A stretch of DNA of 63,860 bases, filler included, from Octopus bimaculoides (lineage: Eukaryota), in NCBI RefSeq assembly GCF_001194135.2. It is 8 parts of 8 records of this genome, joined end to end, with 100 filler letters (N's around TTAATTAATTAA, not from the genome) between each part and the next. Parts side by side here need not be neighbours in the genome. Positions count along the whole stretch, not along the records: positions 53,861 to 59,498 come from NC_069001.1; positions 59,599 to 61,695 come from NW_026411382.1; positions 61,796 to 63,860 come from NC_068985.1; 5 more parts are not named here. One strand, 5' to 3'. The notes beneath the pieces were generated by a model that searched no databases, was not told where the DNA came from, and saw nothing but the letters and a program-made list of their open reading frames with translations. The position numbers and the translations under genes were made by a program. Below are positions 53,918 to 63,860 of the stretch, piece after piece (position 1 is the first letter of the stretch; the number at the start of each line of letters is the position of its first letter).

Positions 53918-55443
53918 TTGCAATTAAAAGAGACTAACGAATTCATACTAAAAAAGGCCAAACACTTACCTTACATCTGCATAATAGAAAAGAAACGATA
54001 ACACACACAACTAAAACATTACGAAAATAATGTTTTTATTTCCACCGAAATGTGTCTAATCTGTCCTACATTTGATAGACGTGTTCATAATCAATAAAAT
54101 AAGTTCTGACAGAGGCGGCTTAATAGGAATGTAACCAGTGTTTGTTTCTATAACCAACACACACACACTACTGGAGTCAATAGTATACCACACTCACCAC
54201 CAAGAGATCGGTGGTTCGTGTTCAAGTCAACTAACCTTCAAATGGTTTAGTCAACAAATTTCCAACTCCTCAACCGTACACTAACAACAACGATTCATTG
54301 CCGTCAGCACAACAGCTGTTAGTTGGGCCAATTTTACATTCTAACCTAAAATCTTGTGGGGCCCCACAAGGTTTAATGTCACAGGTGTGATGTTAAAAAA
54401 CTCAGCCGTTAAATTCACTTCAAATTTATGTCACGAAGTGTCAAAATCTTCGTCCTACAGCTGCGACCTGATTAGTGATAGTTCCATTACAAATATGGGA
54501 CCATGTTAGTGACTAGGTCGTAGTTTTATGACAAAAGATTTTCAAAGTTACTAAATGACTGGAACTGGTTTTCCTGAAATGTAATTCCTTCAGTTTCAGC
54601 ACACAGTTTCAGACCAAATTCATACATATGAAACGGATGTAAAATAACTACTTTGGTCTTAAAATTTGTTTCTACAACACACACGTACACACACACACAC
54701 ACACACACACAGAGCTACAGGAGTCACGAACTACAGCGCATTAGATTTCGTATCTCAGTGAATCTAGGTTTGGTAGCTCAGATATCTACCTTCAAATATT
54801 GTTGTTTTGTCCCCTCATAGCCATATCTTAGCGTATAAACGATATCTGTGAGGTGAAATGATATCAAATGAGAATTGAAACCATATTATCACATTGGGAG
54901 TGATTATATTGACAACACTTCTACATTTTATAAAAATCTAAACAAAACTTTATTTGTGCAGAATGGTGCCAAATTTTATCAACAAATCTGTCATGTTTAT
55001 CGTCTGCACGACAATCCCCACTCCTGAACATGCAATTTAATTGAAATATTCAGTTTATCTTCAAAACTTTTGTAAACACCCTTGCAAGTATTCATTGTCA
55101 TCTATAATATACATGTTCGGTTACTGACTTTCAAATATAAATTATTTCCCTAAACAAACGTAGACTGCCTATCACACAGATAATATTTACAATAAAATAT
55201 TTAAAACGTATTTTGAGCTTTGCTGCAAAAATAATTTGACTTAAATTACTCCTCCAAATATTTTAGGCAAACCACATGGCGATAGCTTACTGGTTCAGTT
55301 TTCCAACTGAAGAAGGAGTCAACAAACTCGTGAAATATGTTGGAGAGATATTTTGTCTCCGCGTTCTTCCGAAAACTTTTAGAGTATACTTTCAACATCG
55401 TGAAATATCACAAATATTGACCCAAGCTTTCTCATATTGAGAT

Positions 55444-55983
55444 TGTAGTGGCGCGAAATTATGGCCGCCATTGAGGAAGTACAATCTACGCATGCGCAAG
55501 GGATTTGCCTTCCCGGAAACCCTTCGAGTGCGCATGCGTAGTAAAACCAGTACTTAAAGCGTTACTTTCGTTTTATAAGGCTCTTGAGCACGATGCCTTC
55601 GACGTGACAACACCTTGCTCCTCAACGAAGCACTCTTCACCACGATGCCTTCGACGTGATAGTTACTTGCTCCTCAACGAAGCACTCTTCACCACGATGC
55701 CTTCGACGTGATAGTTACTTGCTCCTCTGGCATGCATCAAGGAAGCTCTTAATCTACCAATACTNNNNNNNNNNCAAGGAAGCTCTTAATCTACCAATAC
55801 TGACTACAATTTAATCAGCGGCTGCTAAGCTGAATAACACAGGATTTGTAAAACCAAGCATCATAAAACATAAAACTTATTTTTATTATGTTGTTAATTG
55901 TTCTACTGTTTCTTAATATATAATTTTGTTGAAAGGTGATAGAGAGAGACTAATGTCTCAATTGTTATTATCAACCTTTTACA
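55444..55983 (+). mobile_element. Solo LTR, same family as 32036-32435, with internal 52-bp tandem units
   Basis: TGTAG...TTACA termini; 4-bp TSD AGAT on both sides; cacgatgccttcgacgtga units start at 55589, 55641 and 55693. Confidence 0.87.
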
Positions 55984-57146
55984 AGATGTTTGGTAAACAC
56001 GCCGCAATGTTAGGCTTTATTTCATATAATTTGCACCCTAGATGGAGGTGGGGTAGATTAGTCCAGCCCGCGCAACGCTTTTGAAGATGACATTTTTGGG
56101 CCTGCAGTACAAACAAACCTATCTGGGGGCACGAAGTCCTGGAGGAGGCAAGCAGCAAACTCATGGGCTGCCTCGGGCGGAACACACCCAAGCTTTTCGA
56201 CTGTGTGCACCATGTATTTTCGTTGTATTTCACGGAAGATACCGAGAGTAAACGTGCTCCGGATCGACTAATTCTCTATTACTACAGCATTATAAATTAT
56301 AGACATACGTGCAATGTCGTGAGTGGTAATATCAACAAACGACCAAGAAACCCACACTACGAGCATTTTCACTGCCTTACACTGGCTTTGGCTGAAATTC
56401 CTGAATATCAAAACTTTAATGGTTCGTGAGAATAAAAAAAATAATAATCTAAGAAACAACAACATGCCGTTACTTCAGTTTGTTCCAGATCATAACTTTT
56501 GATGAAAGAAAATTATTAATGGCCTGTAAATCCTTTCTGACTATGCTTGACTCAACCATGACCATAGCACAAACCTTTTCCTCTAAACTGAAGCATAGAT
56601 CTACATTTATGTACAATTTTTTAGCTGGAAGGAAAAAAAACCAAAAAACAAAAAACTAAGGCTTTAAACTCTACGCTGAGGAAGAGGAAGAGGACACGGG
56701 TTCTAACGGCTTTAACGAAAGGGTGAACGTGTTTCATCATTGGTCCAACTTACCTTGACAGGCAAATAAAAGATGAGGCGTGTAAAGCGTAAAAAGGAGA
56801 ATAGGTAGATTTAAGTGGGTCGTATTGTTTCAGTTTGAGTAACGGAGTGTTTATGCCAAATATTTTCAAAGAAAAATAAAGGGGTAAAAAAAATGAACAT
56901 TGAAATATAAAAGATTCCTTGTTTTATTTTAGGTAAGAGATCATCTTGAAGGTTACTCGTGTCAAGTATTGAAAATAACAAGGAGAGACATAGATAAGTA
57001 ATATAAACAACTGCTGTTGATTATTAAACAAACTTTCATAGCAGCAGTCAAATGTCACATTTCTAGTTAACAATTGAAACAAGGAACTTTATTTTAAGCT
57101 GTTGCAAGAGATTCTCTATTTATGATATTTTTTACTTCACTTCATT

Positions 57147-57218
<72 letters not shown>

Positions 57219-57268
57219 ACAGGCAGCTACCGAGAATCGAATCAACCACCTCTCAGATACTGGCTACA

Positions 57269-57516
57269 TAATCATTAAGAATATATTCTGGAATTTAGAA
57301 GGTAATCAATGATCAGTTGATTCGGAAATTCCTACATATGATGTGTTTGAGTAGAAATACTTACACACACAGGTCATACGTGGAAATTTCCTAACCAACT
57401 CACCAATGACTACACACACACACAGACACACATATATATAGATATACACACACACGTACGTATGTGTGTATGTCAGGTAATCATTGTTGAGCCGGATAGG
57501 AAATTCCCGTGTGTGT

Positions 57517-57558
<42 letters not shown>

Positions 57559-57598
57559 TACATCAGGTAATCATTAGTGAGCTGTTTCGGAAATTCCC
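57269..57598. promoter_or_regulatory. Candidate enhancer: four TAATCA-N15-GGAA(A)TT units plus one lone GGAAATTTCC
   Basis: TAATCA at 57269, 57303, 57478 and 57568, each followed exactly 15 nt later by GGAATTT or GGAAATTCC(C); spacers diverge; GGAAATTCC resembles a Rel/NF-kB site. Confidence 0.35.
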
Positions 57599-59598
57599 AT
57601 TTATGACCTTACTGAATATTTTGTATTCATGGCTTCATGATAAGAAAGTAGGCTGTACCTATGCACTCGGTGCAGAGCTACCGGGATTGAGAGGGTATAG
57701 GTCACGACTGTCGCGTTGTTGTTGAACCCTAGGTCGACATTTAACCCAACGATCAAAAGCTTTCCACCCATGACTAATCCTTCTTTTAGTGGCATTAAAA
57801 ATTATTTACCGAATGTAATTTTCTTGCTTAAGATGTTAGGCAAGGTTGATTTGAGGGAAAGTTGCTATTTCTAACAGGCTGAACAATCAGAGGCTCTTCG
57901 TAACTTTTGGGTTCCTACGGTCGGAGTCGCGAGGACGTATGACCTGATTAGAACGTTGGGGTGAGGGTCATTAAGACCAGGGGGTGCATTGTACCATTTG
58001 GGGTGATAACCCTGCGATAAACTAGCATCCTGTTCAGTGGTGGTGGTGGTGGTTTTTTACTCTCAGACCCAAAACTGGAAAATCCGGACAACTTCCTGAA
58101 CCTTTAATTTCGAAGCAGACAAAAAGCAAAGAACCTCAAACTCGTATTTATACGATCTACCAATTAATGGATGCCAGGAGTCTGTATTTATTTTCAGATG
58201 CTCTGTGTTTCAATTACTTTAAATATAACAAAGAATTTAGTTAAAATAACTTAGTTATCATTCAGCTGGTGTTAGGAACATAAATTGTAACTAAGGTTAG
58301 GTGGAAGATTTTAATTCAAAACTTACCTAAACAAGACATTTGTACTCAGAGCCGGTTTCAGCCGGGTTGGTAACGAAAGGGTTAATAGAATATGGTAACA
58401 CACGAGATTAAAAGTTTATAGACTGGTCCGGTTTAGCATTGTGCTTCTGGTCAATTTTTATTTCTCAACCATTGAGTCAAACTAACTAGATACAGGCGCC
58501 ACTGCAGTAAAAAGCAAGTGCACTATAAAACTGACGATTAGTTTGTTGGCTTGCAGTGTGAATTTCAATTCCCCGAAAGAAACAAACAATCATTTGCGAT
58601 AGAGAGGTGTCCTGTCCACGAAGAACGTTAATCATCTTCGCTTAATCGTATTATAAGTAACTGGAGATGAAAGAATAGTAGATAGTGGAGGGGTTAGAGA
58701 TTTTCGTGATTTGCAAATGAAGGCATTTCGTCTCTTGAACAAGATATTAAAAAAAACTGGATTTGGTTTGACTGGCATAAAATTAGATACCAAAGAGGTT
58801 TGGCTATAGATTTAGGAAAACATTGTTTTTGTTATTGTCTTTGAGCCCCACGACTCAAAGCCGGTCCCTAAGCTTCCATTGCGTATAAATGACCAAAATC
58901 AGAACATTACTCCTGAACGGAAGGCCAGTCTGCTGCAGCGATCAAGGAAAGCAGTTCTTGAAGAATAGAAGGATATGGGGGGAGTTAGTTGATTACATCA
59001 ATTCCAGTATTTGACTGATACTTTATTTTGCTGACCCCAGGGATGAAAAGCAACGTTGACATTGGCGGAATTTGAACTCAGAGCGTATAGAGTCAGGAAT
59101 ACCGCTAAGCATCTTGTCAGACATGCTCATGATTCTGCCAACTCACCTCCTTATAGGGAAAAATATTATGAAATGTCATTAAATTTATAGGAAATCAACA
59201 AATAAGGGAAATTCATTAATTCAAGGGTCGCGAGATCGAATCCTCTGAAAGAGAATAAAAACATGACTGCGTTTATAGAGACGGTTCTGAATAGCGTCCT
59301 ACATCGTAACTCATTTATTTATTGCTCACACAAGGAGATTGCACGTGCATCACTTGAAATTTCGTTATCTGACGACTACAACAAGTTGCACTTGAGTCAA
59401 GCACGAGGACAGACGCAGCACATATCTTCCACCATCAATGTCCTAAGTGGGAAGAACTCCTTCGCTAATTGCTTTCATCTGGCGATGAGTGGTGTTGANN
59501 NNNNNNNNNNNNNNNNNNNNNNNNNNNNNNNNNNNNNNNNNNTTAATTAATTAANNNNNNNNNNNNNNNNNNNNNNNNNNNNNNNNNNNNNNNNNNNN

Positions 59599-60667
59599 TG
59601 GCACCCTCCTTTGTTAACCTAGTCATGGGGCACCTAGAAATCAATCTTTATTTATAAGAATACTGAAACCCATTTTCCCAGTACATAGAAACTACTGGAA
59701 AAGATATTTAGATGACTGTCTCATTCTTTGATATAGAGAGACTTAAAGAATTTCAAGCACTTTTGAATCAACTTGACATAAACATTTAATTTACGATGGA
59801 ATACGGCCACCAACACCTTCCATTCTTCGATATCCTCATTAAGAAATCTAACAACAAAATAGAAACAGACATCTACTATAAGCCCACGGACTCTAAGCAA
59901 TATCTGCCATTCAACTGCTGCCACCTCAGACACGCTAGAATGAATATCTCTTTCAACCTGGCAAAAAGGACTTGTAATATAGTATCTGATACAAGCACCA
60001 GGGACACACGACTACACGAGCTAAAGGATACACTTACCAGCAGGAACTACCCACCACCACTAACTGTTATAGGCTTTCAACGTGCCCTACAACTCAACAT
60101 CCGCGAATTCAGACACCCCAAACTAATGAAGAATTCACAACCAAAAGCCCTACCATACATATACACACACAACCCCCTAAACAATGGGGCCTTCGACACC
60201 ACCCTCCAGAACATCCCTTTACTGAAAAGGGACCATAGAATGGATCAAATCCTCCAAATACACACCATCATAAAGAGCAAAAGACAACCCAAGTCAATGA
60301 AAAGTCTCCTAAAACAAGCCCAAGTACACTCGTCAACAACATCGAAACCGACAGTAAAAAAATGCGGAAGACCTAACTGTGGTATATGTGTCAACCTAAT
60401 TGAGAGATCGGAATTCTCCTTCAAACAGGGTCAACATTTTACAGTGAAAAACAACTTTACATGTGCTTCGGAAAATCTAATATATGTATTAACTTGCTCA
60501 GGGTGTCAAGAACAATACATTGGTCAAACTAAAAACAGTCTACGCCAAAAGATGACAGTACATAGATCCCAGATTAAAATACGAGAATACAGAAAAACAG
60601 GGTTAAGCGAGCACATCGATATTTACACCACTAACGAACAACCCAACTTTAGAATTTTTCCCCCTCT
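59599..60667 (+). mobile_element. Penelope-like element fragment (RT C-terminus, Cys-rich linker, GIY-YIG), Neptune-like
   Basis: APSFVNLVMG; FFDILIKK..ETDIYYKPTDSKQYLPFNCCH; linker CGRPNCGIC; LIYVLTCSGCQEQYIGQTKNSLRQKMTVH; stops in upstream RT part; bounded by pad and gap. Confidence 0.9.
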
Positions 60668-61079
60668 NNNNNNNNNNNNNNNNNNNNNNNNNNNNNNNNN
60701 NNNNNNNNNNNNNNNNNNNNNNNNNNNNNNNNNNNNNNNNNNNNNNNNNNNNNNNNNNNNNNNNNNNNNNNNNNNNNNNNNNNNNNNNNNNNNNNNNNNN
60801 NNNNNNNNNNNNNNNNNNNNNNNNNNNNNNNNNNNNNNNNNNNNNNNNNNNNNNNNNNNNNNNNNNNNNNNNNNNNNNNNNNNNNNNNNNNNNNNNNNNN
60901 NNNNNNNNNNNNNNNNNNNNNNNNNNNNNNNNNNNNNNNNNNNNNNNNNNNNNNNNNNNNNNNNNNNNNNNNNNNNNNNNNNNNNNNNNNNNNNNNNNNN
61001 NNNNNNNNNNNNNNNNNNNNNNNNNNNNNNNNNNNNNNNNNNNTACTGTAGGACAACACTCCTGTATTTTTCTTTCTCC

Positions 61080-61460
61080 TTCTCCCTCTTCTTTCCCTAT
61101 TCCTACTTCTCTTCCTCCTTCACCTTCTCCTTCTCCTCCTCCTCCTCCTCCTTCTTCTTCTTCTTCTTCTTCTTCTTCTTCTTCTTCTTCTTCTGCTTAA
61201 ACCATCAGCTCTCTGTATCCAAGCTATTCCTTCAAATTTACTACTACCTACCTACCTACCTACCAACCTACCTACCTACATACATACATACATACCTACC
61301 AACCTACATACCTGCCTGCCTACCTACCTACCTACATACATACATACATACATACATACATGTATACCTACTTACCTACCTACCTACCTACCAACCTACA
61401 TACCTATCTACCTACCTACATACATACATACATACATACCTACCTACCTACCTACCTACC
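61080..61460. repeat. (CTT/CCT)n then degenerate (CTAC/ATAC)n tracts
   Basis: Direct reading. Confidence 0.9.
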
Positions 61461-62108
61461 AGACATTCACAAAGGAATAGGGAGAGAGAGAGAAACTGTC
61501 TGAAAACTATAGAAATATTTACCTATTCATAGACTATGAAATTATCTACAAAACATTTCACTTAAATTATTTTCTCCAATTTAAATAGTTTTCTAATTTT
61601 ACTCTTAGTTTAAAAAGTCTAAAAAGACGGAAACTGGTACTAAAACGTACTTAATGATAAAATTATTTTAGCATTTTCTACCTTGTCTTATTTTTNNNNN
61701 NNNNNNNNNNNNNNNNNNNNNNNNNNNNNNNNNNNNNNNTTAATTAATTAANNNNNNNNNNNNNNNNNNNNNNNNNNNNNNNNNNNNNNNNNNNNTTTCT
61801 TTTTCTTTTTTTATGCTTTCAAGATCATTCACGGTCAGTTTACTTTATTGATTCTAAAGAAATGAAGGAAAAAAAAAAATGTTATAATTTTGTTACACGC
61901 AATTACGATTAATAAAACAAAATAAATAATACATTCTAGGGTGTGGGGGTGACGTTCAATTAATTTTTATAACAGAATCGTGACAGCATCGGACAAAATA
62001 CCCAGTGATATTTGGAGCATTTTAAGTTCTGAGTTCAAATTCTGTCTTGGCTAATTTTGCCTTTTATTTTTCCAATAGTCAAGCGCTGGATTGATTTATA
62101 TTCTTATA

Positions 62109-63791
62109 CTAGCAGAGATACCCGGCGTTGCCTGTGTTACATGCAGTTGAAGAATTAGACTTTTCTTTTGTATTTTCTGTAATGAACTGGAATATCTATG
62201 ATTCGATTTTCATCAAAATTGCAGATGAGGGTTCTTTCCCGCTTTACACACCGTAAAAAAATTGTAATCATGACACATGTATCCCATACTACTGATCTTT
62301 ATGTGCAGATTCCAGAATTCCAGTCTTATGGAACCTGTTAAAAGGATTTTCCTCCTGAAAAATGGAGATCATGGAGCTCTAAAATGTGGGAGTTAAGGCC
62401 CCTATTGGGGGTGGGTGTCTTAATGTCAACCAGAGAAGTTGAATTGTTGAGAATCTTTTTAAGTTGGGTCTTGTATGTATTGTTCAAATTTCTTTGAAAT
62501 AGAAAATATATGTATGTTCACTGGGTTTGTAAAAGAGAGCAAAGCTACAGGAAACCAAAAGACGAATGATCACAATAAGCAGTCAGCTACCTTACCTTCG
62601 TCGTTACTACTCCCCAATGTAGGATTCCTCACCATACAAGTGACAGGCACAGCCATAAGATGCATTACAGATCTATAGCAATTGGAAGGGCGTGACCCAA
62701 CTGAAATATTAACAACTGTGTGATGTGAGGGCTAAAGGGAAATGAAAGTGTCACCTCTGGAGTTTGCAAATGACCACTATATCGATAGGTAACTGGATAG
62801 AATAAATTTACAATCTATAAATGTCTTTCAATAACCAGTCACTCATCTGGGAAGGCCTTGAAATCAATGTTACCATCGGAGGACTATGGGTGACCCAGTG
62901 ATAATAAAAAGACTCAAAGGAGGTCAGCAACCAAATAACTTTACTCAACACTTTGCAATTGAATCAGTGGAGGCAAAGATGCCTCTCATTTACTTGACAA
63001 TTTATGCACCACATTGCAGAAATCACAATCTAAGTATATCTCAAAGCAAACTGTTACACTGTTGTACCATTGAATTACAAATAACGCTCATCTTTTATGC
63101 TCGGGTGACCCTACAGCTTCCAAGAGTACAAATGTATTCGTCTTTGCTTAGATAAAATAACTAAATTGTGGGTGTCAAGTCCCCATGAAGGGGTCTTTCT
63201 AACTTCTAAGAAGATGAAATTTTAGAAATATTACTTCATTTGTGTGTAATATCTATGGTTAAAATTTCATCAACAGCAAAAATATATGAATTTTCATGAG
63301 AGTTATGGCCCTTATCCATAGAATATAATTACCAAATTTCATAAAGATCCATTCAGTACTTTTGCCATAGTTTTGGATCATAAAAAATTACTAAAATTTG
63401 GGAGATAAGGCCCCCATTAGGTAATGTTAGAATCCTCATGAGAAGTGGAATCTTTGAGAATATGCCTTGATGTGTGTCAATTACCCGAGGTTGAAATTTC
63501 ATGAACATGGAAAATTTATGAATTTTCATGGGTGTTCTGCTCCCTTTGAGCCATCTCAAATTCAAACCAAACATACTGCATTATACCCACCCTTATGCAT
63601 TGAATCTAAGTTCCAAATATCATAAGGATACATTCAGTAATTTTGATCCGTGAAATTGTATGAAGCACACAGCATTACCCTTCTGAGGCTTGAATTTTGT
63701 GTCCCAAATTTCATTAGGATCGGTGCAGTAGTTTTTGAATGTATAAGTAACAAACGAACACACATAAAGACATTGACTTTTATATAATAGA
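62109..63791 (-). mobile_element. Non-autonomous Helitron with both termini (1683 bp)
   Basis: Minus strand A|TCTATTATATAAAAG ... ACACAGGCAACGCCGGGTATCTCTGCTAG|T: 5' TC, 3' CTAG, degenerate subterminal GC hairpin, A/T target with no TSD. Confidence 0.85.
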
Positions 63792-63860
63792 TATGAATAT
63801 GCACATATACATACATGTGTGTGTGTATTATATATATATATATATAATATATTATATATA

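Noticed and set aside
53969-53975. Possible 7-nt minus-strand microexon (tatgcag|ATGTAAG|gtaagt)
   Set aside because: Good splice signals, but it does not supply the FDGxG expected before GVLAHA and has no other support.
55589-55730. 52-bp tandem units as a CRISPR-like array
   Set aside because: Units are contiguous near-identical repeats without unique spacers, inside a eukaryotic LTR.
55738-55801. Direct 27-bp duplication around a 10-N gap
   Set aside because: Typical unmerged contig overlap (assembly artefact).

Overview
AT-rich, repeat-dense animal genomic DNA from a gappy scaffold. The SINE and microsatellite landscape looks like an octopod cephalopod (inference). Seven identical 100-bp pads (44 N + TTAATTAATTAA + 44 N) are assembler joins that cut the window into eight blocks. 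Three host gene fragments each sit in a separate block: (1) one 5' coding exon of a probable GMC oxidoreductase (+, 2045-2188); (2) ten consecutive, phase-compatible exons of POLR3A/RPC1, the largest RNA polymerase III subunit (+, 14201-35251, 1186 nt, about 395 aa, with bridge helix and trigger loop), whose 5' and 3' parts are absent; (3) one matrix metalloproteinase catalytic exon (-, 51381-51638). The rest is mostly transposon-derived: two RTE LINEs, a full-length decayed Chapaev3-type element with TAA TSD, a hAT remnant, two Tc1/mariner remnants plus MITEs, two Penelope-like (GIY-YIG) fragments, two solo LTRs of one family with 4-bp TSDs, a non-autonomous Helitron with both termini, and several tRNA-derived SINE families. 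Best leads: a tRNA-headed repeat carrying a minimal type I hammerhead ribozyme that is structurally tied to a Penelope-like element; a U12-type minor intron in POLR3A; a fixed-spacing TAATCA-N15-GGAAATTCC motif cluster; and a ~225-bp foldback palindrome fused to the tail of one hammerhead repeat copy. Repeat family names and boundaries were assigned by eye and need database confirmation.
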